Below, piece after piece: positions 19,705 to 28,793 of a stretch of DNA of 64,000 nt; within the stretch, counting starts at the first letter, position 1, and every line of letters starts with the position of its first letter. The position numbers and the translations under genes were made by a program. Below the pieces are notes generated by a model. The model saw nothing but the letters and a program-made list of their open reading frames with translations, made no database searches and was not told the DNA's origin. Origin of the DNA: Chloroflexota bacterium (GTDB lineage Bacteria; Chloroflexota; Dehalococcoidia; CAUJGQ01); NCBI GenBank assembly GCA_036741355.1, contig DAINSK010000001.1, positions 19,047-83,046 on the forward strand, given 5' to 3'.

Positions 19705-20832
19705 ATGGATGGCGGTACGTTGCTCGATGACGTAGCCACGCTTACCCGGCGATTCGCCGAGCGCGAGCAGATCGACGGTGACGGGTTCCCTGCAGCCAAT
19801 ATCAAGGAGATGAAGCGGCTCGGCCTGTTCAGCGCCCCTTTCCAACCGGAGTTCGGTGGACGCGGGGCGAGCCTGCCGGATATGGTCCGTGCCGTCGAGC
19901 TGGTCGCGGCCGCGTCGCCGTCCACCGCGCTACTGCTGACCATGCCGCTCGGTCTGGCGGGCATCTATGCTCTGGGCCCAGAAATCGCGCCGGCCGCGCA
20001 CCGCGCCGCCTGGTCGGAACAGATCGATCGCGTGGCGGCCGACTACCGAAACGGAGTCGTGTACGCCGCCGCCAACTCCGAGAAGGGAGCCGGCGGAGCG
20101 TTGAGCGCCACGAAAATGGTAGCCGAACGCGGTGAGGACGGCGTCATCCGGCTCACAGGCGAAAAGATCCTGGGCTCGTTCGGCCGCAACGCGGATTTCT
20201 TTTTCTCCACCGCCAAAGTAGACGAGCATCAGATTCCGGGTGCGGGCATCGTCGAGTTCTTTTTCGTCGATACGCGCGCGCCGGGCGTCGAGATTTTGGC
20301 GGACTGGGATGGCTTCGGCATGCGGTCCACCGAGAGCCAGACCGTGCGGTACGAGGCAGCGCCGGCCCGTGAGCTCATGGGCTTCCCCAACTTTATCGAG
20401 GCGGTACAACCGTTGAGCTGGTGGTTTTGCCTCTTCACCGCCATTCCGCTGGGCTGCGCGGGCGCGGTCCTGAGGACGTTGGCCACCCCGGAACCTTCAT
20501 CGCCGGCGCTCCGACTCCGCTTCAGCGACGCGTTGATGCGCTATGAAGCGCTGTTCGCCTACCTTCTTGAAACGGCCGTGCAATGGCGTCCGGCCGCCGG
20601 CCCTGAGTATGCGGCGCGGGTGCTCCGCACCAAGACCTACGTCACGCAGGAGGCAACAAAACTGGCGGCCGAACTGTTCGCGCTCGGCGGCGGCCGGCAC
20701 TATACCCGGACCGGCAAGCTGGCTCGAACGTTGGCGGACTCGTTCGCGGGCACGGCGTTGCGCCCACCGCTGGCCTTAGCACTGGACTCCCTCGTCCAGA
20801 ATTTCACGCTTGGCCCTCTGGCAATAGAATAA
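19705..20832 (+). CDS. Acyl-CoA dehydrogenase-like protein (divergent).
   Basis: An ACAD-like three-domain layout (FGGRGASLPDMVRAVELVAAASPSTALLL ... C-terminal helical domain). Confidence 0.55.
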   Translation: MDGGTLLDDVATLTRRFAEREQIDGDGFPAANIKEMKRLGLFSAPFQPEFGGRGASLPDMVRAVELVAAASPSTALLLTMPLGLAGIYALGPEIAPAAHRAAWSEQIDRVAADYRNGVVYAAANSEKGAGGALSATKMVAERGEDGVIRLTGEKILGSFGRNADFFFSTAKVDEHQIPGAGIVEFFFVDTRAPGVEILADWDGFGMRSTESQTVRYEAAPARELMGFPNFIEAVQPLSWWFCLFTAIPLGCAGAVLRTLATPEPSSPALRLRFSDALMRYEALFAYLLETAVQWRPAAGPEYAARVLRTKTYVTQEATKLAAELFALGGGRHYTRTGKLARTLADSFAGTALRPPLALALDSLVQNFTLGPLAIE

Positions 20833-20871
20833 TCCTGCATCCCTTGGCTTTCCCGAGAAAGGATAGATTCA

Positions 20872-21393
20872 GTGACTTCGACTACAGAAATTCCCAAGGA
20901 CCAGAAAACAACGGGCTTCGAGGTTGAGGAGATCGATCACATTGCGATCGCGGTCCACGACCTGGACGCCGCGATTCACGCCGCGACCACGTTGCTCGGA
21001 GCAAAGCTGCTGTGGCGAAACCCACCCAAAGAGCGGGCAATAAACGACGGTGCCGTGCTGGAACTGGGCGGTATGTTAATCGTCTTCGAGCATCCGCTGA
21101 CAGACCGCGGCATCTTTGCCGAGTTTCTCAAGCGGCGTGGCGAGGGCATCCATCACGTCGGCGTCTCGGTCACGAACCTGGACCAGGCGATGAAGGACGC
21201 GGACCTTGCGGGCGCCCGTCTGCTCAACCCTTCGCTCGATAACCCGATCCGCCGCGAGGTGCTGGTGCACCCCAAGTCGGGCATTGGCGTCCTCTGGCAG
21301 ATGGTCGAGTGGAACCCATCCGTGCGCGGAGACCGCCAACGGCGCCGCGACGCCTTGCGAAATGGCGAATTCGTGGTGCCCGGGCTTTCGTAA
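20872..21393 (+). CDS. VOC (glyoxalase/bleomycin-resistance/dioxygenase) family protein, possibly a methylmalonyl-CoA epimerase.
   Basis: Two beta-alpha-beta-beta-beta modules with the metal ligands HIAIAV and GIHHVGV. Confidence 0.6.
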   Translation: MTSTTEIPKDQKTTGFEVEEIDHIAIAVHDLDAAIHAATTLLGAKLLWRNPPKERAINDGAVLELGGMLIVFEHPLTDRGIFAEFLKRRGEGIHHVGVSVTNLDQAMKDADLAGARLLNPSLDNPIRREVLVHPKSGIGVLWQMVEWNPSVRGDRQRRRDALRNGEFVVPGLS

Positions 21394-21437
21394 GACAACT
21401 GACCGACGCACTGGGGCGCGTGAAGGGAGAACCGAGC

Positions 21438-22649
21438 ATGGCAGGGACGAAAATGCAGGGCGTATTGGAATCGGCTCCGCGGGCGCTGCGTGGTCTGAGA
21501 GTTCTGGACATCGGACACTGGATCGCGGGTCCTTTTGGACCAACCCTATTGGGCGATTTTGGCGCCGAAGTGATCCGCGTCGACCGTCCGGGCGGGCAGG
21601 GCACGCCGATGTCGAACCCGGTTAGCTGGGCGCTCGACAGCCGTAACAAGAAATCGATCACGCTGGCGCTTAACAAGCCCCGCGGTCAGGACGTGTTCAG
21701 AAAGCTCGTTCAGCACATCGACGTGGTGACCGAGAACTTCGTCCCGGGCACGCTCGAAAAGTGGGGCCTCGGCTACCAGGACCTTTCAGCCATCAACGAG
21801 CGCGTCATCCTGGTGCGCGTTTCGGGGTTCGGCCAAACTGGGCCATACCGGAACCGCAAGAGCTTTGACCGCCTTGGCATCGCGATGGGCGGCCTGACGT
21901 ATACCTCCGGTTATACCGACCGTCCTCCGGTGCGCCCCGGTTACATGGTCGCCGACTACGGCACCGGGCTGACGAACGCCTTCGCAACGCTGATCGCGGT
22001 CTACGAACGCGACGTCGCCGGCAGCGGCATAGGGCAGGAAGTCGACGTTTCCCTGTTCGAAACGGTTTTCCGTCTCTCCGGCGCGCTCGTCTCCAACTAC
22101 GACCGCGAGGGCACAATCCGCGAACGCAGCAACAACCTCGTGCCGGGTATCTCTCCGGGAGACCAGTGTGAGACCAGCGACGGCCATTGGGTCGTCTTCC
22201 ATGCGGGCGCAGACCATCACTTCCGGTCCTTGATGCGGGTGATCGGCTACCCCGAAGTCGCGGAGGACCCGCAATATGCCATGCTCAGACAGCGCGTGCC
22301 GCATATGGACTACCTGAACGCGCTCGTAGGGCAGTGGATAGCGCAGCACCCGCTCGACGACGTGATGGAGACGTTGATCGGCGCGGGTGTAGCCGCCGCG
22401 CCGGTGTACAGCGCCAAGGACATCGTCGAGGACCCGCACTACGCCGCGCGCGAGGACATCATCACGGTCGACGACCCGGTGGTCGGCCCGATCAAGCAGC
22501 CCGCTCCCCTGCCGAAGCTCGGACGCACTCCGGGACAGGTCTATCACCCTGCCCCCGCCCTTGGCGAGCACAACCAGGAGATCTACGGTGGACTGCTCGG
22601 CCTGACCGACGCGGAACTAAAAGCGCTGACCTGCGATGGCATCATCTAA
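21438..22649 (+). CDS. CoA transferase family III (CaiB/BaiF).
   Basis: LRGLRVLDIGHWIAGPFGPTLLGDFGAEVIRVDRP at the N-terminus, with the catalytic Asp region (MVADYGTG). The ATG at 21438 has a GAAGGGAG RBS. Confidence 0.85.
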   Translation: MAGTKMQGVLESAPRALRGLRVLDIGHWIAGPFGPTLLGDFGAEVIRVDRPGGQGTPMSNPVSWALDSRNKKSITLALNKPRGQDVFRKLVQHIDVVTENFVPGTLEKWGLGYQDLSAINERVILVRVSGFGQTGPYRNRKSFDRLGIAMGGLTYTSGYTDRPPVRPGYMVADYGTGLTNAFATLIAVYERDVAGSGIGQEVDVSLFETVFRLSGALVSNYDREGTIRERSNNLVPGISPGDQCETSDGHWVVFHAGADHHFRSLMRVIGYPEVAEDPQYAMLRQRVPHMDYLNALVGQWIAQHPLDDVMETLIGAGVAAAPVYSAKDIVEDPHYAAREDIITVDDPVVGPIKQPAPLPKLGRTPGQVYHPAPALGEHNQEIYGGLLGLTDAELKALTCDGII

Positions 22650-22823
22650 AACGGAATTGAGAAGTACACGCCGCTGCTGATGCCTCAACACCGGCTTGAC
22701 GTCGCGCTTATACTAAAGGCCATCCATCCACAATTTTCGATTGACGAGTTCTCGCGATTCAACCGGTGATTCTGCCCGGTACGATGTTCTGATTCAAATA
22801 GCAGACTTGGATGGAGGTGCCCC

Positions 22824-23456
22824 GTGGTTACCGCGCAAGCAACCTGGCAACTGACTGGCGAGTACTTCGAGAACTGCAACTGCGACGTCGTTTGTCCGTG
22901 CCTCTTCTCTCCGGGCCAGCAAATGACGGCAAAGCCGACGCGGGGCGCCTGCGAAGTGGCATTCGGCTTCCACGTCGACCGGGGGCGGTTCGGGGATACG
23001 TCGCTCGACGGCATGAACGTCGGGATGATCGGACGTACGCCAGGCCCGATGGGAGAAGGAAACTGGTCCGTTGCGCTGTACCTCGACGAACGTGCCAACG
23101 CACAGCAACAGGAAGCGCTGCAGGCGATATTCACGGGCACTGCAGGCGGCGTTATGAGCAATCTCGCTCCCCTGATTGGAACGGTGCTGGGGGTAAAGAC
23201 CGTGCCGATAACCTGGAAAAAGGAGGGCAAGCGCCGGTCACTCGAGATTCCGAATATCATGCACCTGGCCGTGCGGGCGGCGCCGGGTCTGGGCGGAGAA
23301 GCCGAGATCCTGGTCTCCGGTGCGCATCCGTTTGCGCCCGAGGGTTTGGCAATGGCTGTCGGCGAGCAAGGCAGCACGTGGCAGGACTACGGCATGCGTT
23401 GGGATAACTCGGGGAAAAACGGTCATTACGCCGCCATCAAGTGGTCGAACTCTTAA
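22824..23456 (+). CDS. Hypothetical protein with a CNCD-x3-CPC cysteine motif (DUF1326-like).
   Basis: 210 aa with the motif FENCNCDVVCPCLF; GTG start. Confidence 0.4.
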   Translation: MVTAQATWQLTGEYFENCNCDVVCPCLFSPGQQMTAKPTRGACEVAFGFHVDRGRFGDTSLDGMNVGMIGRTPGPMGEGNWSVALYLDERANAQQQEALQAIFTGTAGGVMSNLAPLIGTVLGVKTVPITWKKEGKRRSLEIPNIMHLAVRAAPGLGGEAEILVSGAHPFAPEGLAMAVGEQGSTWQDYGMRWDNSGKNGHYAAIKWSNS

Positions 23457-23490
23457 CCAGGTCGGATGCTACGCCGCGAAGGAGTCAACA

Positions 23491-23781
23491 GTGTACGGGG
23501 CCGTCGCTCGCACGCGCCTCATGTCGGGTTCGGAACAAGCGTTTACTCAGTTATTGGCGGACTTCCGAAAGCTGAACGTTCCGGGGTTCATCGATTCGCA
23601 CGTTTACCGCATGGATGCAGACAGCAACGAGTACTACATGGCGGTGCTGTTCCGCGACAAGGCGTCCTACCTTGCGAATGCACAGAGCCCTGAACAGAGT
23701 GCCCGTTATCAGCAGATGCGGGCGCTAATGACCCAGGATCCGGAATGGCACGACGGTGAAGTTGTTTCCGGGGGCCGGTAG
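23491..23781 (+). CDS. ABM (antibiotic-biosynthesis-monooxygenase-like / Dabb) fold protein.
   Basis: About 96 aa with a ferredoxin-like pattern; GTG at 23491 preceded by an AAGGAG RBS. Confidence 0.5.
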   Translation: MYGAVARTRLMSGSEQAFTQLLADFRKLNVPGFIDSHVYRMDADSNEYYMAVLFRDKASYLANAQSPEQSARYQQMRALMTQDPEWHDGEVVSGGR

Positions 23782-23829
23782 CCCAGGGTCACCTATTTAG
23801 TCCTAGATTCCCGAAACCAGCGCCTCGGG

Positions 23830-25326
23830 TCACATACTCCCGGTGATATATGCCTGCGCCTTGTCCCAGGCGCGGACGCCGGCTATGTGCCCCATCGCCC
23901 TACCTTGCAGATCGCCATCAGGAAAGTGGATGCCGCCATAGCGGCGCGACAAACCCGCCTGGTCGGCCGCGTCCGAAAAGGTCTTCCAGGTCAGCGTCAC
24001 ATCCGTGGCGGGGACGGCGCCCGGCTCGAAACGCGAGCTCCCGGCGGCCTGAGTATATGAAGCGCCAAAGTCATCGCTGCCGGTGAAGCGTCGCAGGACT
24101 TCTGCCGCCGCCGCGCTAAAGGTGCTATGTCCAGAGACATACTCGGGAAAGGCCGGCGTGACGACGCTCGGCGACTGGAAGAGTTGCCACGTTCCGCCGT
24201 CGATCAACTGCGTCCCTTGAAATGGGCCTCCCCAGGCTCGCACTTGTTGACCCTGAAACAAGAATCGCACCGCGGTGATGGGGCGTACCGAGTCGTAGAG
24301 GCGTTTGGTATCCCAGGCAGCGATGCCCGCGTCCATCAATGCGTTCGTCATCGCGAAGAACATCTTGACGTCGGCGTCAAGGTCATTTCCGTCCCGAAGC
24401 GACACGAAGCGCGCAAACAGGCACCAATGGCCGGGCGGCAACTCCGACGAAGGACCGTCGGCAAAGTACTCGGTGATTACCTTTTGCTCGTCGGTGAGGT
24501 TGGCGCTGTACTCCAGCATCTGTTCGGCCTGGATGCTGTATGCCTCGGACGGATACGTGGCCGGTCCGAAGGCCGGTCGAAGTTCCGCGCCCGAAACAAG
24601 GGCGAATGGTGTGACGAGCCCCCAGTGCGGGCCGATGTACTGCTGCACCACAAAGCCCTTTTGCGGGTCGAAAACGCTCAGCGGCTGCCAGCGGTTTGGA
24701 TCTACGACCTCGTCCGGCGTGTTGACAGGTTGGTAGCCGGTGTAATCGGAATAAGGCCCAGGGTGCAGATCGCCTAACTGGTTAGAACCGTCGCCGTGAC
24801 GCCAATCGATCACCGCAGCGGCGCAGACGTTGCCGACTCCGGCAGGGGTCGTTGGATCGGTGTTGGTGTCGTCCGGGCTGTACCCCTGCGCGGCCATGAG
24901 ATCGGCGAACGCCGGCGTCGACGTTGGGAAGAGGTCAACCAGCGCCCGGTAGGCGGCAAAGCTGACCACAGCCTGCTTGTTGGCCGCCGTGTGCTCGGTC
25001 GTTGGTCTGCGAATGTCCGCTCCCAGGCGCGTACCAACGGCGACCGGGTCGAATGCCGCCCACGCGTCATACATGCAGGTGTGGAGGATCGCGAGAGCGC
25101 GGGCCACCATCGGAGGTCCCGGCTTCGTGTCACGGATCGCCTGAAGTGCGGCCGCGTCCCACATCAACACGGCGTTCTCGCCGGCAGAGAACGCCGTATC
25201 TCTACCGACGACCGACGTTCGCCGTAGGCGAGGCATGCGGCGGTCCGGCATTATCGGTAAGGCTGAAATTACTGCTATCGCCGAAGCTCCGCCGACGGCA
25301 CGACGAAATAGTTCGCGGCGATTCAT
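23830..25326 (-). CDS. Tat-secreted vanadium-dependent haloperoxidase / PAP2-superfamily protein.
   Basis: A twin-arginine signal MNRRELFRRAVGGASAIAVISALP, and the PAP2/vanadate-binding signature blocks KRLYDSVRP and PEYVSGHSTFSAAAAEVL ... RRYGGIHFPDG. Confidence 0.7.
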   Translation of the reverse strand: MNRRELFRRAVGGASAIAVISALPIMPDRRMPRLRRTSVVGRDTAFSAGENAVLMWDAAALQAIRDTKPGPPMVARALAILHTCMYDAWAAFDPVAVGTRLGADIRRPTTEHTAANKQAVVSFAAYRALVDLFPTSTPAFADLMAAQGYSPDDTNTDPTTPAGVGNVCAAAVIDWRHGDGSNQLGDLHPGPYSDYTGYQPVNTPDEVVDPNRWQPLSVFDPQKGFVVQQYIGPHWGLVTPFALVSGAELRPAFGPATYPSEAYSIQAEQMLEYSANLTDEQKVITEYFADGPSSELPPGHWCLFARFVSLRDGNDLDADVKMFFAMTNALMDAGIAAWDTKRLYDSVRPITAVRFLFQGQQVRAWGGPFQGTQLIDGGTWQLFQSPSVVTPAFPEYVSGHSTFSAAAAEVLRRFTGSDDFGASYTQAAGSSRFEPGAVPATDVTLTWKTFSDAADQAGLSRRYGGIHFPDGDLQGRAMGHIAGVRAWDKAQAYITGSM

Positions 25327-25437
25327 TCGCCTGTAACCGACCGCTGTCTTTGTGTGGCGAGCACTATGTCGCGGCATCATCAAAAGCGGCGAGTCCTGTA
25401 CTATCTGTCAAGGTTTGGCGATATTGCCGACCTGGAC

Positions 25438-25486
25438 ATTGTAGACGTCTGCCTTCGGTCTACAATCAATCACGGACTTGATTGTA
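25438..25486. promoter_or_regulatory. Compound palindromic operator-like element in a divergent promoter region.
   Basis: IR1 ATTGTAGAC-N11-GTCTACAAT (25438-25446 / 25458-25466) overlaps IR2 TACAATCAA-N8-TTGATTGTA (25461-25469 / 25478-25486). Both have perfect 9-bp arms. Confidence 0.5.
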
Positions 25487-25509
25487 CCCGGGCGTGAGGT
25501 CCAGTTTTC

Positions 25510-26334
25510 GTGACCGTCGCCGTTTCGCTGATCGCCACGCTGATTACGTTCGTGTTCGCGGGCTTGGTGCTGCGCCAGTACCTGCAGCGACCACGATCGT
25601 ACCGGCTGGTTTGGACTGCTGCTCTGGTCTGCTACGGCGCGGCTACGGGCGTCCAGTTCATCGCCGAGATCTTTGGCTGGAGCACCGCGAGCTTTCGCCT
25701 TTGGTACCTGTTCGGCGGCCTGCTGACCGCGGCCTACCTCGGCCAAGGGACGGCATTCCTGTTGCTGCCCCGCCGAGTGGCTTCGGTGCTGCTGTTTATC
25801 TTGTGCGCGGCGAGCCTTTGGGGGGCATATCGCACCTTCACCGTGCCGCTGGGATATGCCGAGATCCGGCCGCCGGCGGGCAAAATCTCGCCGAACGCCA
25901 CTCTGTTGACCGCCGATCTGCGGGCGCTGGCTGCGCTGATGAACGTATACGGCACGCTGCTGCTGGTCGGCGGCGCGGTATGGAGCGTCTGCGTTTACAT
26001 GGACCGCATGCTCGACCGCCGGCGCCGTGCCGCGTATCGGCTGGTCTCGAACATTCTCATCGCCGCAGGTTCGCTAATTGTCGCCAGCGCCGGCTCACTG
26101 GAGACGTTCGGCCACGGCGAATATCTATACGCCGGCGAGATCTTCGGTATATCGATCATCTTCCTGGGCTTCTTGCGCAGCCGGGAGTCTATGAAATTCC
26201 CCATTCGCTGGACAAAGAGCCCGGCGAACGAAGCCGGCGACACGCGGACTTCTCCGATCGCGACGGATCCGGATCTCAAGTCGTTTCAGTCACTTAAGCG
26301 GCTGAGCGACCGTACCGGCGCGACCCGGCGCTAA
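25510..26334 (+). CDS. Integral membrane protein (hypothetical).
   Basis: Seven to eight predicted hydrophobic helices and no catalytic motif recognised. Confidence 0.5.
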   Translation: MTVAVSLIATLITFVFAGLVLRQYLQRPRSYRLVWTAALVCYGAATGVQFIAEIFGWSTASFRLWYLFGGLLTAAYLGQGTAFLLLPRRVASVLLFILCAASLWGAYRTFTVPLGYAEIRPPAGKISPNATLLTADLRALAALMNVYGTLLLVGGAVWSVCVYMDRMLDRRRRAAYRLVSNILIAAGSLIVASAGSLETFGHGEYLYAGEIFGISIIFLGFLRSRESMKFPIRWTKSPANEAGDTRTSPIATDPDLKSFQSLKRLSDRTGATRR

Positions 26335-27125
26335 CGTCCGCGGCTAAGCCTGCTGATGAGTCTCGCGGGCAGTCCGGCTTCTGCCATAAGTGCCTGCGTT
26401 CGTTCTATGTCGTACGGAACCCGGTAGAACGCGAGCGTGCGCGCATCGCTGTCGTAAACAGCGTAAGCGGAGCGGGGGTCGCCATCGCGCGGCTGGCCTA
26501 CACCGCCCGGATTCAAGATCAGCCGGCGGTCGCCTAGCTCGATTGTCTCACCATCGTCGATCTGCCGGTAGTCGGGATCCTGGCCATTCAACGCTTCTTC
26601 GAAGACGAGCGGCACATGCGTATGACCAACCAGGCTGAACCGCGTTTCCATGTTCGCGAACTGCGCGACGGCGGCATCGATCGAGTACATGTACTCCCAA
26701 ACAGGGTCGCGGAGGCTACCGTGAACCAGGCTGATACCGTCAATGGTCAGGTTCTGGGGAAGGGTTCGCAGGTACTCCCGCTCGTCGTCGCCGATCCGGT
26801 CGGCGTTCCAGTGGTTAGCGGTTGCAGCAGCGGGGTTGAAGTCGCTGGTATCAATCGCCCCCGCGACGGCAAGGTCGTGGTTTCCAGCCACCGAACGAAA
26901 GTCGTACTGACGGAGCATCGCCAGGCACTCGGAGGGTTGCGGACCGTAGCCGACGAGATCGCCCAGCGCCCAGATCTGGTCAAGGGCGTTGAGCGATTCC
27001 GCGTGCGCCAGCACGGCCTCGAGCGCGGCCAGGTTCGAATGTACGTCCGAGACAATCGCCGCGCGCATAGTGCCGTCCGTCGTGCCGGTGTGGTCCGTGC
27101 GGGCAATTATACCGGTGATCCTCAT
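26331..27125 (-). CDS. Metallophosphoesterase (calcineurin-like phosphoesterase).
   Basis: Metallophosphatase motifs (SDVHSN, GDLVGYG, GNHD). The start is either the ATG at 27123-27125 or the one at 27066-27068. Confidence 0.75.
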   Translation of the reverse strand: MRITGIIARTDHTGTTDGTMRAAIVSDVHSNLAALEAVLAHAESLNALDQIWALGDLVGYGPQPSECLAMLRQYDFRSVAGNHDLAVAGAIDTSDFNPAAATANHWNADRIGDDEREYLRTLPQNLTIDGISLVHGSLRDPVWEYMYSIDAAVAQFANMETRFSLVGHTHVPLVFEEALNGQDPDYRQIDDGETIELGDRRLILNPGGVGQPRDGDPRSAYAVYDSDARTLAFYRVPYDIERTQALMAEAGLPARLISRLSRGR

Positions 27126-27162
27126 ATACTTTGTGCAGGTATAACGCGACAGGTCAGGCCGC

Positions 27163-27645
27163 ATGTTCTCCGTCGATACGCACTCTCCAGACGAAACCAG
27201 GGCGATCGGCCGGCGCATCGGCGCGCTGCTGGAGCCGGGCGACGTCGTGCTGCTCCAGGGACCGCTCGGCGCCGGCAAGACGGCGATGACACAGGGGATC
27301 GGCCACGGCGCCGGTTCCAACGACCTGGTCATAAGCCCTACGTTCGTGCTCATCAACGAATACCGCGGCCGCGTGAAGCTCTACCATGCCGATCTCTACC
27401 GGCTGGAAGACCCCGCCGAGATCGTCAACCTGGATCTACCCGGCTACACGCTTGACGGCGCTCTAATCGTCGAATGGCCGGAGCGTGGGGAGGGACTGCT
27501 GCCTAAAGATCACCTGCACGTGCGGATCGATCACACCGGCGAAACCGAGCGGCGAATCGTTATCTCGGCGGATGGCGGTCGTCCGGTTGAGATCCTGGCG
27601 GCTCTGCAGCAAAGGTCAACACAGGCGGCCGCTCCGCATGCCTGA
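27163..27645 (+). CDS. tsaE: tRNA threonylcarbamoyladenosine (t6A) biosynthesis protein TsaE.
   Basis: The YjeE/TsaE P-loop LQGPLGAGKTAMTQGI and TsaE-specific SPTFVLINEY. Confidence 0.85.
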   Translation: MFSVDTHSPDETRAIGRRIGALLEPGDVVLLQGPLGAGKTAMTQGIGHGAGSNDLVISPTFVLINEYRGRVKLYHADLYRLEDPAEIVNLDLPGYTLDGALIVEWPERGEGLLPKDHLHVRIDHTGETERRIVISADGGRPVEILAALQQRSTQAAAPHA

Positions 27646-28339
27646 AGGTCCGCGACGCATCGAGCTTTCCATTGACACCGCGTCTGCCATGGCGGGAGTC
27701 GCGGTCTCCCGGCAGGGCGTGGTACTGGTCGAGCTCGCCTGGCGCACGGAGAACAACCACTCTGCCGAGCTGTTACCCGCGATAGACGAAGTGCTGGACC
27801 GCGCCCATTCGGTACGAGAAGACGTCGCCGTGCTATTTGCGGACCGCGGTCCCGGCTCATATGCAGGCCTGCGCGTCGGCATCAGTACGGCAATGGGCCT
27901 GGCGCTTGGACTCCACGCCGATCTTTTATCCGCGGGCAGGTTGGAACTGGACGCCTATCCGCACGCCGCGTTTCCTGGTCCAATCGTCGCGGTGCACCAG
28001 GCCGGACGGGGCGAACTCGCCTGGGCCGTCTACGAGCAGCGCGAGGGACTTCGGGAGCTACAGCCTCCCCGGCTGTCATCGCTCGAAGAGCTCATCGAAT
28101 TATGCCCCCCCAGCGCTCTGCTCTGTGGTGAGTTGGCCGGGATCGAACAGCGTTTGCGCGACGAGTTGACCGGGGCGCGGTTCGCCACCGGCGTCGCCTC
28201 GCAACGCCGCGCGGGCGCACTCGCAGAGCTGGGGTGGCACAGATACGCAGGCGGAGAGCGGGACAACCCGGTGGCCGTCGAGCCGATCTATCTGCGCGAA
28301 CCAGCGATTACCCAGCCCAAGGCTGGTCGGAGACTTTGA
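27638..28339 (+). CDS. tsaB: tRNA t6A biosynthesis protein TsaB (YeaZ).
   Basis: ELSIDTASAMAGVAVSRQG ... GPGSYAGLRVGISTAMGLALG. It overlaps the end of tsaE. Confidence 0.8.
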   Translation: MPEGPRRIELSIDTASAMAGVAVSRQGVVLVELAWRTENNHSAELLPAIDEVLDRAHSVREDVAVLFADRGPGSYAGLRVGISTAMGLALGLHADLLSAGRLELDAYPHAAFPGPIVAVHQAGRGELAWAVYEQREGLRELQPPRLSSLEELIELCPPSALLCGELAGIEQRLRDELTGARFATGVASQRRAGALAELGWHRYAGGERDNPVAVEPIYLREPAITQPKAGRRL

Positions 28340-28788
28340 TGGAGCGAACGTTAATCCTGATAAAGCCGGACGGCGTACAGCGCGGGCTGACATTTGACGT
28401 ACTTGGGCGGCTGGAGCGCCGCGGACTGAAAATCGTGGGTCTGAAACTGATGCTGGTGAGCGAAGACCTCGCCTCGCGCCATTACGCCGAGCACGCGGGC
28501 AAGAGCTTCTACGCCGGCCTTATCGGTTACATTACGTCGCGGCCGATCGTCGCGGCGGTCTTCGAGGGACCCAACGCGATCGCGGCAGCCCGTGCAACGA
28601 TGGGCAAGACCAACCCGGTGCAGGCCGATGCAGGTACGATCCGCGGCGACCTCGGCCTCGATACGGGACGCAACCTCGTCCACGGCTCGGACGGCCCTGA
28701 ATCGGCGGAGCGCGAGATCAACCTCTTCTTCAGACCGGAAGAGCTGCGGTCGTACACGCGCGAGGTCGATACATGGGTGGTGGAGTAA
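28339..28788 (+). CDS. ndk: Nucleoside diphosphate kinase.
   Basis: MERTLILIKPDGVQRGL, and the active-site NLVHGSD; ATGA overlap with tsaB. Confidence 0.9.
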   Translation: MERTLILIKPDGVQRGLTFDVLGRLERRGLKIVGLKLMLVSEDLASRHYAEHAGKSFYAGLIGYITSRPIVAAVFEGPNAIAAARATMGKTNPVQADAGTIRGDLGLDTGRNLVHGSDGPESAEREINLFFRPEELRSYTREVDTWVVE

Positions 28789-28793
28789 GCGGC

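Noticed and set aside
22650-22823. Possible sigma70 promoter (TTGACG ... TATACT) in the CoA-transferase/DUF1326 intergenic region
   Set aside because: The spacer between the best -35 and -10 candidates is only 7 nt, or the elements do not pair at 16-18 nt, so it is not a credible promoter call.
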